Assembly: GCA_038523235.1 (NCBI GenBank)
Contig: JBCBJQ010000051.1
Coordinates: 1 to 40,635 of the forward strand
Reading direction: 5' to 3'
Source of the DNA: Cyanobacteria bacterium J06626_4
GTDB lineage: Bacteria > Cyanobacteriota > Cyanobacteriia > Phormidesmidales > Phormidesmidaceae
Length of the DNA stretch: 40,635 nucleotides
Part shown: piece after piece, positions 29,175 through 38,619 of the stretch
Layout of the letters: every line of letters starts with the position of its first letter
Position numbering within the stretch: position 1 is the stretch's first letter
Notes under the pieces: model-generated
The model's database searches: none
The model's input: only the letters and a program-made list of their open reading frames with translations
Told to the model about the DNA's origin: nothing
Made by a program: the position numbers and the translations under genes

Positions 29175-29834
29175 TTGGCAGCAAGGCGCAAGGACTCATC
29201 TCCCAGAGTATTGGCGATTCTCAACGGCAAGGGTGGCGTGGGCAAAACGACTACCGCCGTCAATTTAGCCGCCATCCTGTCGGAGTCTTATTCTGTTTTG
29301 TTAGTTGATGCTGACCCCCAAGCCTCTGCCAACTGGTGGGTGTCACACAACGCTCAACCCATGACGTTTGATATCACACAAGAGACAGATGCCACGCTTC
29401 TAGGCAAACTAAAGAAGGTGGACGATTATTCTTTAATTGTGGTCGATATGCCCCCGGCGTTAACCTCAGCCGCTTTGGCCGCCGTGGTGCCGGTGGCCGA
29501 CTACATTTTGTTGCCCACGCCCCCCGCCCCAATGGATTTGTCAGCCTTGATCAATACGATCAACACCGCGATCGCCCCAGCTGGCATGGACTATCGAGTA
29601 CTGTTTACCAAAGTCGATTCGCGCCGCTTGGCCGAGGCTGCCGAAGCCCAAGAAACCCTCAACAGTTTGGCGATTCCCGTCTGTGAAACCGTCATTCGCA
29701 CCTACAAAGCCCATGAACGGGCGGCCTTAGAGGGCGTGCCCATTACCCAGTGGCGCGGGGCCAATGTCAAAGAAGCCAAAGCCGACTATTACCGGGTTGC
29801 CGAAGAAGTACAGCAAGACTGGAGCCAATCATGA
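29175..29834 (+). CDS. mcdA: ParA/MinD-family ATPase, probable type-2 carboxysome positioning protein McdA
   Basis: Deviant Walker [14 protein letters not shown], double Trp (ANWW), VVDMPP; AAAGGAG SD before in-frame TTG 29175; ATGA overlap with a coiled-coil partner. Confidence 0.75.
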   Translation: MAARRKDSSPRVLAILNGKGGVGKTTTAVNLAAILSESYSVLLVDADPQASANWWVSHNAQPMTFDITQETDATLLGKLKKVDDYSLIVVDMPPALTSAALAAVVPVADYILLPTPPAPMDLSALINTINTAIAPAGMDYRVLFTKVDSRRLAEAAEAQETLNSLAIPVCETVIRTYKAHERAALEGVPITQWRGANVKEAKADYYRVAEEVQQDWSQS

Positions 29835-30586
29835 CGAAGAAAAACCTATCTGACTTGCTGAAAGCAGAAGCGACGCCAGCCGCCGCCTCAGATCAAGCAG
29901 CCGCTGCCCCAAAACCGGCTGCAGCTAAGTCAACAGCGGCAAATAAGTCAACCACGGCGAAAAAGACCGCGCGTCGCGGGCCGTCATCGCGGGCCAAATC
30001 GACGGCCAGCCGCTCCAGCACCGCCTCAAAGCAGGCCCCGAAATCGACCCCGAAGGCAGCCGCCACAACGGCCTCTACTACCAGCAGTCGAAGCGTCACC
30101 AAGGCGGATCTCGAAAAACAGGTCACCCAGCTCAAAGCGGAGCTTAAAACCGCTCAAGCCAGAGAATCAAGCCTCAATAAACAGGTCAAAGATCTGCAAA
30201 CAGACATGACCCAACAGCAAGAACGACTGTTTGAGCTGAAAGACACCCTAGAGCAGACAAAACGGTCGACGAAAGCAGATAGCGACAAACTCAAAAAAGT
30301 CGCCAAAGAGCTGAAGGAGGCGAAGCAGGTGATTCTGAGAATGACGGAAGCCGCCGCTGCTGAGTCCACACCTGAGCCCGCACCGGCCCCCGCACCCACA
30401 CCGGCACCGGCAGCCGCCCCAGCTGCTAAACCGGCGCTGGCGGTCAAAATGCGTCCTGGCGGCAGCAACGACATTTATCGAGGGCGACGCTTGCCCGCCT
30501 ACAAAAATGTGCCGGACTACGCGATCGATCACGGCGAGCAAAAGAACAAAATGCTCTCAGATGAAGAAATTGGTTGGGTTGACTGA
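29831..30586 (+). CDS. mcdB: Probable McdB: charged N-terminus, disordered linker, coiled coil, C-terminal Trp
   Basis: Starts [10 protein letters not shown] at the ATGA overlap; long heptad region; ends EIGWVD with Trp within the last residues, as described for McdB. Confidence 0.72.
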   Translation: MTKKNLSDLLKAEATPAAASDQAAAAPKPAAAKSTAANKSTTAKKTARRGPSSRAKSTASRSSTASKQAPKSTPKAAATTASTTSSRSVTKADLEKQVTQLKAELKTAQARESSLNKQVKDLQTDMTQQQERLFELKDTLEQTKRSTKADSDKLKKVAKELKEAKQVILRMTEAAAAESTPEPAPAPAPTPAPAAAPAAKPALAVKMRPGGSNDIYRGRRLPAYKNVPDYAIDHGEQKNKMLSDEEIGWVD

Positions 30587-30638
30587 ACAGTCAGTGCCGT
30601 TGATGGCTAGCTAGCCATCAACGGCACTGACTGTTCAG
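30583..30638. repeat. Perfect 56-bp palindrome with no spacer
   Basis: CTGAACAGTCAGTGCCGTTGATGGCTAG|CTAGCCATCAACGGCACTGACTGTTCAG. Confidence 0.97.
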
Positions 30639-30989
30639 CGGGGGGCGAACGTCTCCATGATTGAGTCATGTCCGATTTTCTCGCTATGAAAATACCGCTT
30701 CATTGGTGCATGACGCGATCGCGCTAGCGGCGACGCAATTTGTCAGCCATCCCGAATCGTGACCAACCGTATCCCCAGGCGACCACGGAGAGGATGTCTC
30801 ATAGCCTCCCTGTGGGGCAAAGCTGGCGATCGCGGGTAACCAGCAGCAAACCTTAGAAACCTTGATTTCTTAGAACGTTTTCATCAAGGGCTAAATTTTA
30901 TCGACTAAAGTCATCTCAAATTATGAGCTGCAGCCCCTACCGAGGCTGTCGACATTTTTTGCCGACGTTATCGACAGGATTAACTCTCT

Positions 30990-32024
30990 ATGGCCAGCCC
31001 GACGAAAGCTTTTCAACCGTCAGGTCGCCTCTATTTGATGGTGGCGATCGTCATTTTTGGGGCCGCCAACGCGGTGACACGCCGACTGACTGATTTGGGT
31101 GGCATCAATCTGGTGGATGGGCGTAACCCGATTTCATTTTGCAATGTTTTGTTTGTGGGCAATATCTGCGCGTTGGCATTGTTGCTGGTGATTTATCAAA
31201 GCCAGCTGCGACCGGCAATTCTGAAACAGATTTCGGTCAAGCAATGGCTCACGCTGACCCTGATCGCGATTCTCAGTGCGGCAGTGGTACCGATGTTGAT
31301 TTTTACAGCGCTGTCGGTGACCGCCGTCAACAACGTAATTTTGATTGGCCAGATCGACACGCCACTGGTGCTGGCGCTATCGGTGTTGCTGCTGGGCGAA
31401 CGAGTCAATCGCTGGGTTGTGGCCGGGGCGATCGTCTCATTTGTTGGCGTCGCTTTGACGGTATTGCTACAGCCGCCAGGCGGCGACATGATGGCGATGA
31501 CCATGGGCCTAGAAATCGGCAGGGGCGAGTTGTTTACTCTGCTAGCAGCGGTGTTCAAGGCGATTTCGAATCTGATTAGCAAGGTCAGCCTACGAGAGAT
31601 TCCGCTCGGCGTTTTCAGCGTCTATCGCATGTTTATCGGCACAATATTCTTTTTTGTGGCGACGCTAATTCTCTTCGAGCCTGACCACTTTATGGACGTG
31701 ACGTCGCCCTTTTTATGGCAGTGGATGCTGTTTTATAGCGCTGTCATCGTCGTTGGCGGACAGCTGGCCTGGTTCAGCGGGCTTAAGCAAAGCACCGCGA
31801 GCGAGATTTCCCTGGCGACTGCATTCACGCCGATCGCGGGCGTGCTGGCAGCCTATCTGATTCTGAGTGAAGTGCCTACAACCGCCCAATTTATTGGTGG
31901 TGCCGTGATTATTGCAGGGATTGTGCTAAACCAAATTGGGGTGCGGCAGCTCAATCAAACCGCTTTAGAGCCCCAGCCAGCGCCAGTGGAAATGAGCGAA
32001 AAAGTCATGTTCAAAGGGGTTTAA
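30990..32024 (+). CDS. DMT/EamA family transporter
   Basis: About ten TM helices in two repeats, NPISFCNVLFVGN, LLLGER, AYLIL.E.P. Confidence 0.9.
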   Translation: MASPTKAFQPSGRLYLMVAIVIFGAANAVTRRLTDLGGINLVDGRNPISFCNVLFVGNICALALLLVIYQSQLRPAILKQISVKQWLTLTLIAILSAAVVPMLIFTALSVTAVNNVILIGQIDTPLVLALSVLLLGERVNRWVVAGAIVSFVGVALTVLLQPPGGDMMAMTMGLEIGRGELFTLLAAVFKAISNLISKVSLREIPLGVFSVYRMFIGTIFFFVATLILFEPDHFMDVTSPFLWQWMLFYSAVIVVGGQLAWFSGLKQSTASEISLATAFTPIAGVLAAYLILSEVPTTAQFIGGAVIIAGIVLNQIGVRQLNQTALEPQPAPVEMSEKVMFKGV

Positions 32025-32026
32025 CG

Positions 32027-32278
32027 ATGGCATCAGAATCTTCGGTATGGCAGCAAAAACCCTGGTGGTGCCAGCCCTGGTCGATCGCGCTCACAGCCTT
32101 TAGTGTGACCATTGGCAGTTGGCTGTTGTTTCATCGCTATTGGCTTACGGGCCTGGTCGGCCTTCCGATGATGACCTGGATGGGGTTCTTTTTGTTGGTT
32201 TATCCGCGCCTGATGGCCGAGTCTGGACTGCTTGAGGAAAGCCTCAAGGCCTCTGCTCAAGAACCCTCAGAGAGTTGA
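32027..32278 (+). CDS. Small Trp-rich cyanobacterial membrane protein (DUF6737-like)
   Basis: SVWQQKPWWCQPWSI.LT followed by two TM helices; 2 nt after the DMT stop. Confidence 0.8.
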   Translation: MASESSVWQQKPWWCQPWSIALTAFSVTIGSWLLFHRYWLTGLVGLPMMTWMGFFLLVYPRLMAESGLLEESLKASAQEPSES

Positions 32279-32299
32279 AGCAATTCGGCTAAAACAACG

Positions 32300-32482
32300 A
32301 TGAAACGAGTGCGAGAGAAAGCGTGCGATCGCTGCCAGTTGCCGGCGACAAAGCTCTATCGCGTGCAGCTGGATGCCTCAAAGCAATGGCAATTCCTGTG
32401 CGATCGCTGCTGGCCCATCGCCAAAGACCACAATCCTCATTACGTTTACGGCGGCACCTGGAAAGCCCAAAAGCGCCACTGA
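32300..32482 (+). CDS. Small putative zinc-binding protein
   Basis: Two CDRC motifs, LYRV, Y.YGGTWK; same strand and 21 nt after the upstream gene. Confidence 0.75.
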   Translation: MKRVREKACDRCQLPATKLYRVQLDASKQWQFLCDRCWPIAKDHNPHYVYGGTWKAQKRH

Positions 32483-32603
32483 GCCGGAATCCTTGAGTCC
32501 AGCTCAGTGGCGCTAATTTCATCGATGCCGGTGCTCACGGGGGCAGTAAAACTGCGGCGTGAGGACACCGCAATTCACACCCTTAAGCTGATTGCGAAGG
32601 CGA

Positions 32604-33950
32604 TCACCGTCTCCGGCGCATCGACCAACTGGTTGCCGCCAGCGCGCCTAAGCCAATGATCAATCCGGGTTCTGGCACTGATGCCACATCAGGCTCTTCA
32701 TCACCAGGTTCTTCACCGACAGGCTCTTCGTCACCAGGTTCTTCACCACCGGGCTCTTCATCACCGGGCTCTTCATCGCCGGGTTCTTCACCGCCAGGTT
32801 CTTCGTCACCAGGCTCTTCGTCGCCGGGCTCTTCGTCACCGGGCTCTTCATCACCAGGTTCTTCACCACCGGGTTCTTCACCACCGGGTTCTTCACCACC
32901 GGGCTCTTCACCGCCGGGCTCTTCGTCACCGGGCTCTTCGTCACCGGGCTCTTCGTCACCGGGCTCTTCGTCACCGGGCTCTTCGTCACCGGGCTCTTCA
33001 CCACCGGGTTCTTCACCACCAGGCTCTTCACCGCCGGGTTCTTCACCACCGGGCTCTTCACCACCAGGCTCTTCGCCACCAGGCTCTTCGCCACCGGGTT
33101 CTTCACCACCAGGCTCTTCACCGCCGGGTTCTTCACCACCAGGCTCTTCGCCACCGGGCTCTTCACCACCGGGTTCTTCGTCGCCGGGATCACCAGGTTC
33201 CGAGCCGAGCGGACTGAACTGTTCGACCCCGTTCCAACCGATGGCTTCAGCCTGAGTGGCGGTGGCTAAATCAGCGGATAGTACGACACGATAGGCAAAT
33301 GGGCTACCATCATCTGACGTTTTTTCAGTAAACGGTTGTCTATCGGTATCCAGAGGCGTGAAAAAAGCATCGCCGAAAAACACGACCTCACCATCTACAA
33401 AATCAAGATCGGTGGGCACTACGGTGTTGGTATTGCCATTAGGTAACTGAGAGCGGAGATAAGTGCCCGCTTCGGCCTCTCCACTGTTGGGATTCAGTTT
33501 GAGCAACACGCTGGCTTTGGCGCCGCCACCGCGACCATAGCTGCTCAACCAGCCCTGAGCCGTACTCCCAAAACTATTAGCCCCATTTGAGCCGCCATCA
33601 GCGGTAAAAACGCCGTAAAGATTGCTAGACGCCTCATCCCAAAGTAGCCCAACGCCGCGACCATCAATCCCCGAGCTGTCATAACTGCTAACCCAGTCGC
33701 GAATGCCATTCGTAAAACTGGTCACAATGGGATCTTGGTTATTACTAGAAACCTGATTTGTGCCGATATAAACGGTGGTGTTACCAAATGATACTTTGGC
33801 AGCGCCTAAATCAATTAGGTTAGCTTCTGATGTGCCAGCGTTGAATTTCACCGTAGTAGAATTCAACGCGCTGAACGTGGCAGCATCGCCTGCCGCAGCA
33901 AAGAGCAGCCAAACAGAGCCAGCGATCGCTGTCGTTAAACTTGCTTTCAT
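32604..33950 (-). CDS. PEP-CTERM surface protein with long acidic repeat stalk
   Basis: Signal peptide from MKASLTT (33950), C-terminal VPEP + TM + RRRR sorting signal. Confidence 0.92.
   Translation of the reverse strand: MKASLTTAIAGSVWLLFAAAGDAATFSALNSTTVKFNAGTSEANLIDLGAAKVSFGNTTVYIGTNQVSSNNQDPIVTSFTNGIRDWVSSYDSSGIDGRGVGLLWDEASSNLYGVFTADGGSNGANSFGSTAQGWLSSYGRGGGAKASVLLKLNPNSGEAEAGTYLRSQLPNGNTNTVVPTDLDFVDGEVVFFGDAFFTPLDTDRQPFTEKTSDDGSPFAYRVVLSADLATATQAEAIGWNGVEQFSPLGSEPGDPGDEEPGGEEPGGEEPGGEEPGGEEPGGEEPGGEEPGGEEPGGEEPGGEEPGGEEPGGEEPGGEEPGDEEPGDEEPGDEEPGDEEPGDEEPGGEEPGGEEPGGEEPGGEEPGDEEPGDEEPGDEEPGDEEPGGEEPGDEEPGDEEPGGEEPGDEEPVGEEPGDEEPDVASVPEPGLIIGLGALAATSWSMRRRR
32691..33185 (-). repeat. 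Coding VNTR, 33 x 15 bp encoding (G/D)EEPG
   Basis: 495 nt with 15-bp period; five identical GGGCTCTTCGTCACC units at 32916-32990. Confidence 0.95.
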
Positions 33951-34670
33951 TAAATTTATCCCTGAAGCTTGATATTGGACGTTTCTGACGAACTGCAAAA
34001 GCCAGAAACGCTTTTCCAATTGACAGAAATTGATTGCCTGTAGTTTTCGCCCACAACCCAGTGATCCTTAAAAACTTCGGATTTCCTGAGAATTGCGCTC
34101 GCGCTGGTCTCGGCTTTTAAGCAGCCTGAGTGTGAAAAACCAATCCAAATCGGCAGATACGTCCCAATCAGAACACAGAGAAAATAGTGACGTCATCATG
34201 AAATCCCCCTAGATTGAACTTGGGGATATCCGTAGAAACATCTAAACCTCTGTGTCCTAACATGTTTTTCTCAATCAGAATTTCACATATAGACCACTCC
34301 CCTGGCCTCGGTGAAGATATGCGATCGCAGTGGTATCAGTGACTCAGTATTTCCCGTGATGTGCACACTGTTCCGCAACTTCGTACTGAGTATTGCGGAG
34401 TGCATCCCAATTTGGTATTTCTCGCTCTGATCGCGGGCAAGATGCCTGCCCTAAACACATGGATGGATTGGCAGATCTGAGATGCAACCAGTATCGCGTT
34501 TTTCCGCGTTGTATCCTCTGCCCGGCACCCGCCACGCCTTGACTCCCCTCACCCACCCGCCCGCAAAAATCAGTAAAAATCTCAATTCAGTGTAAAAATT
34601 GGTTGAACCTTGACAATATGCGGCATAATTTCGGCGTATTGTCAGACTCGGTGTCAATCGTCGGCCACTT

Positions 34671-34973
34671 ATGCAACTGTCGCCTCAAGAAAAAGACAAA
34701 CTGCTGATCTTTACTGCTGCACTGTTAGCAGAACGCCGCAAAGACAGAGGCCTGAAGCTCAACTATCCCGAAGCAGTGGCTTATCTCTCAGCCGCAATTT
34801 TAGAGGGGGCTCGCGAGGGCCGCACCGTGGCCGACTTGATGCACTTCGGCACGACTCTGCTGACCCGCGATGACGTGATGGAAGGCATTCCGGCCATGAT
34901 CGACGAAGTGCAGGTCGAAGCCACCTTTCCAGATGGGACGAAGCTTGTTACCGTGCATAATCCGATCACCTAG
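34671..34973 (+). CDS. ureA: Urease subunit gamma
   Basis: [42 protein letters not shown]. Confidence 0.98.
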   Translation: MQLSPQEKDKLLIFTAALLAERRKDRGLKLNYPEAVAYLSAAILEGAREGRTVADLMHFGTTLLTRDDVMEGIPAMIDEVQVEATFPDGTKLVTVHNPIT

Positions 34974-35072
34974 ATCAGTCTATCGCTCATGAGTCAGTCC
35001 TCATGAGTCACCTTCAGTGCTGCAACTTAGATCACCCCGCGTTACGTCATACACCTCATAGAGAGAGAGCCG

Positions 35073-35384
35073 ATGATTCCAGGAGAACTATTGCCCGCTG
35101 AGGGTGAGATTGAACTCAACGCCGGTCGTGAGACGATAACGCTAGCGGTGGCCAATACGGGCGATCGCCCAATTCAGGTGGGCTCCCACTTTCATTTTTT
35201 TGAAGTCAATGCGGCGCTGACGTTCGATCGCGCGGCAGCCAAGGGCATGCGGTTAGATATTCCAGCCGGCACTGCCGTGCGCTTTGAGCCCGGCGACGAG
35301 CGCGATGTGACCCTTGTGACTTTGGCTGGTAGCCGCCAGGTCTATGGCCTCAATGCCCTGGTGAACGGCCCTTTAGAGAGCTAA
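35073..35384 (+). CDS. ureB: Urease subunit beta
   Basis: [39 protein letters not shown]. Confidence 0.98.
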   Translation: MIPGELLPAEGEIELNAGRETITLAVANTGDRPIQVGSHFHFFEVNAALTFDRAAAKGMRLDIPAGTAVRFEPGDERDVTLVTLAGSRQVYGLNALVNGPLES

Positions 35385-35429
35385 CGAAGGTCATTCAAGC
35401 ACGGCTGGCCCAGGACGGTCTCATGTTTG

Positions 35430-36000
35430 GGTAGTTTTCTAGACCTGTGGAAGACAGTCATATTGCTCGTCCAATGATGAACAATCCAATTACGTCACGG
35501 TGTCACATATCAAAACGGATTTGGAGAAGCAAACAGTTTTGTGGACTAGGCGATTGATACGGGCTCGCAAGGTTAAGGGCTGACGTTCATGGGTTTTGCC
35601 AACTGTAGCTTGCTAGTAGTTGAGTCGGCGTGAGTAAGCTCTCCAATTTTCGGCATAAAACTACTGAACCCAAAGGGAGTCAGCAACTCCCTGAGTTGAG
35701 AGTACGCGGTATCTTCGTGAAGTCGGCACAGGCGAAGATTTCACCACTCTGATGATCGACACCCAGAGCCTTCATTGCGGCTGCTTAGCCTGGACAAAGC
35801 TCCCCATCCCTTTCATCTCAACCGTCTTGATGCAAGCTCGCACTACGGCGGGCAGTTGACTTTGCCAGGGCTCTAGCAATCTCCCATTAATCGGTTCCAG
35901 ACAGCGTTTTCCACCCCCTCAATCACTGTAGCGAGGTTAATCTGCAGCACTCGAATAGGATCTCCGATCCCACTGCCATTCATGGCCAGAGTGTTAACAA
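35430..36000 (-). pseudogene. Decayed IS1-family transposase (InsA C-terminal part + InsB)
   Basis: Manual minus-strand translation gives AMNGSGIGDPIRVLQI (InsA HTH-like), then EMKGMGSFVQAK, DHQSGEI, LLTPFG, LTLRARINRLVHKTVCFSKS and VIGLFI (InsB-like), broken by stops and frameshifts; GGTAGT.. at 35430 resembles an IS1 end. Confidence 0.85.
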
Positions 36001-36382
36001 GAGACTCTATAAAATGGGTGTATACATGCAAGCTTCATACAATCTTGATTTTTCCTGAAGAGTCGATGATTTTACGCCCCTTGCCACCTCAAAATATTAA
36101 AGCCCCTAAGTATAATCTCCCAAAGACAACATTGCATCTCCCTTTCACAAAGAATGCTCTAATTGCATGTAGGATAAAACTCGATTCCCGAAAGGTTGAT
36201 TCAAGGACAACTTTTTAGATAATCCTTTCAGACTTTTAGCACTCTAAAAAAGACAAGCTTTTCTACTTATAAGCTTAGCACTTTTGACTTTTGAAAAGGC
36301 TTCAGAAGGTAAAGAGCTTTAGCATTAGCGAGGCTGCATAGAACTAGCTGCGCAACCATGGAAACAGACTTAGAGTTTAGGC

Positions 36383-37171
36383 ATGAAAATCAAAGAAATC
36401 GGTAAAATTGCCTTGGCAAAACTGAATAACTGGATAGGAGAACGAGCCGTACCTAGGGCAATTCAACTTCATAAGCAGGCATTCCTAGAAGAGCAAAAAC
36501 CTATCCCTAAGATACATCAGCCAAAACTTCACTTGCCATTAGTGCTGCATTATCCAAGATCTTTTATCGTGCGAACAGCTAACTTAGATCACTCAAAAAA
36601 GCGCGACTACAACTTCATGGGTGCATTATTTAATGAGAACGTTTATGAAAGACGAAAATGGATCATAGACTTTGCACAGCAACACTTCACCGATCATTCT
36701 TATTACTGCATTACAGATGCATGTCACGATTATCAGCCATTAGGAAACTACGATCAAACTTTAAGTAATCTTGGAAAACGAGTCATCCCGAGACAAGTCG
36801 CAGACGACAAGAAGTCCTCATTCGACGAAGCATATTTCAAAGTGATGCTAGATAGTAAATACACTTTGTGCCCTGCCGGAGATGCGTGGTGGAGCATGCG
36901 TTTTTTCGAAAGTATTATGTGTAAATCTATTCCCATTCTAGAGTCCCCTGATCATGCCTGGAGAAGTCGATTCGAAAGGATGATAGGTTATAAGTTTTAT
37001 ACGACTTTAGATCAGGTCGAATATCGAGAGGACTGGATAGAAGAAAATTACAGTAAATTTCTAGAATATCAAACCTTTTTAAGCCGTAATAAAAATCGAT
37101 CAGTAGTCTTGCTTTCAAGGGTAGAGGAGATGTTATTAGGCATTGACAATTTAGCTAAATCTTTAAGTTGA
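36383..37171 (+). CDS. Exostosin-like (GT47-related) protein
   Basis: C-terminal Y...M..SKYTLCPAGD..WS.RFFESI...SIP motif typical of exostosin family domains; AT-rich, no HIP1. Confidence 0.75.
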   Translation: MKIKEIGKIALAKLNNWIGERAVPRAIQLHKQAFLEEQKPIPKIHQPKLHLPLVLHYPRSFIVRTANLDHSKKRDYNFMGALFNENVYERRKWIIDFAQQHFTDHSYYCITDACHDYQPLGNYDQTLSNLGKRVIPRQVADDKKSSFDEAYFKVMLDSKYTLCPAGDAWWSMRFFESIMCKSIPILESPDHAWRSRFERMIGYKFYTTLDQVEYREDWIEENYSKFLEYQTFLSRNKNRSVVLLSRVEEMLLGIDNLAKSLS

Positions 37172-37583
37172 AGTCGCTAGAGCGAATGCGAGCATCTGTA
37201 GGGGTGAATGGTATCAGTGCGCTAGACCTGTGGATGCTTTTTCTGAAGCTCGCACCCTCGAAGCAAGCTAGCGGCTTTGTCGTAGGTCTAGCGCATCACC
37301 AAAATTCTTTTATGGGTATTCGGTATCTCAGGTAAGGGCGAAAGATCTTTTGCCTCAACAGAACCTAACAGAGTTTGTCCTTTGAGAATAAGGAAACCAT
37401 TCTGCTTTCGCACTGCTGATTCGAGGCCACGCCGCCGAGACGGATGAGCGATGGGGCCTTGGTTCCTAGTGTTTACCAGCTCTACAGCAGTTGCCAACCC
37501 GACCAGCAGGCCCTTGGCGTATGATGAATATCCACCCCATTTATTGAGTTCACGCTACGGTTATCGCTGACGAAACCCTGCAT

Positions 37584-38501
37584 TTGACGGTTGAAACACC
37601 GGAGCCCCCGAGGCTAGATCGGTGGCTCACGGCGCACCTGAAGGAGCTGTCGCGCAATCGCATTCAAAAGCTGATCGATTGGGAATATGTGCGGCTCAAC
37701 GGCACAGTTTGCACGAACAAAAAGGCAGGAGTGCAAGTGGGTGATGCGATCGCTGTGACGATTCCGGCCACGAAGCCGCTAGCAATCACGGCGGAGGCAA
37801 TTCCCCTCGACATTCTGTACGAAGACGAGCAGTTGGTCATCGTCAATAAACCGGCGGGGTTGGTTGTTCATCCTGCCCCCGGTAACATGAGCGGCACCCT
37901 GGTAAATGCGCTGCTGGCCCACTGTGGTGAGCAGTTAACCGGCATTGGCGGCGTCGAGCGCCCTGGCATTGTGCATCGGCTGGATAAGGATACAACCGGA
38001 GCGATCGTCGTCGCTAAAACCGAGCTAGCCCACCATCACCTACAGGCCCAAATGAAGGCGAAAACGGCGCGGCGTGAATACCTGGGGGTGGTGTACGGCG
38101 CGCCGCGCACCGACCACGGCACAATTGATGCGCCAACGGGCCGCCACCCCAGCGATCGCAAACGCCAAACCATTGTGCCGCCCTTAAAAGGGGGACGCTA
38201 TGCCGTCACCCACTGGCAAGTGGAAGAACGGCTGGATAACTTTACGCTGATGCGATTTCGGCTAGAGACCGGACGCACCCATCAGATTCGGGTGCATTGC
38301 GCCCATATGGGGCATCCCATCGTGGGCGATCCGACCTACGGTTCGGGGCGCTCGGTGGGGGTAAATCTGCCGGGGCAAGCATTGCACGCCGAGCAGCTGA
38401 CACTAATTCATCCGGTATCGGGAGAGCCCGTGACGGCAATCGCCCCGCTGCCGCCCCATTTTCTCAAGCTACTGGCGGTTTTACGCAATCGCACGGTTTA
38501 G
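37584..38501 (+). CDS. rluD: RluA/RluD family pseudouridine synthase with S4 domain
   Basis: RLDRWL S4 domain, VNKPAGLVVHP, GIVHRLDKDTTG, LETGRTHQIRVH, QALHA. Confidence 0.9.
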   Translation: MTVETPEPPRLDRWLTAHLKELSRNRIQKLIDWEYVRLNGTVCTNKKAGVQVGDAIAVTIPATKPLAITAEAIPLDILYEDEQLVIVNKPAGLVVHPAPGNMSGTLVNALLAHCGEQLTGIGGVERPGIVHRLDKDTTGAIVVAKTELAHHHLQAQMKAKTARREYLGVVYGAPRTDHGTIDAPTGRHPSDRKRQTIVPPLKGGRYAVTHWQVEERLDNFTLMRFRLETGRTHQIRVHCAHMGHPIVGDPTYGSGRSVGVNLPGQALHAEQLTLIHPVSGEPVTAIAPLPPHFLKLLAVLRNRTV

Positions 38502-38619
38502 CTAGCGCGAGACTGACTGTTGGCGGGTGGATTTTTTCGAGTGCAGCGTGAGCAAAAATCCATAAGCGCACTATCCTAAAAGCCTACGGCTCTAGCTGAT
38601 TACAGGCATTCCCTCTGAT

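Noticed and set aside
29175..30638. Plasmid or prophage parABS system with the palindrome as parS
   Set aside because: The partner lacks ParB or ribbon-helix-helix features, the context is chromosomal, and McdAB hallmarks are present
32691..33185. Possible CRISPR array
   Set aside because: Contiguous 15-bp units with no unique spacers, in frame within a gene, and no cas genes in the window
32656..33255. Alternative-frame repeat ORFs (SSPPG, RALHH and KSPVV repeats)
   Set aside because: They are by-products of the stop-free 15-bp VNTR; only the minus-strand frame has a signal peptide and PEP-CTERM signal
34986..35010. Direct repeat CTCATGAGTCA x2 between ureA and ureB
   Set aside because: Only 11 bp and two copies; most simply a small local duplication
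37288..37497. 69-aa minus-strand ORF at the edge of the AT-rich islet
   Set aside because: Weak TTG start and no motif; possibly a gene fragment, but unsupported
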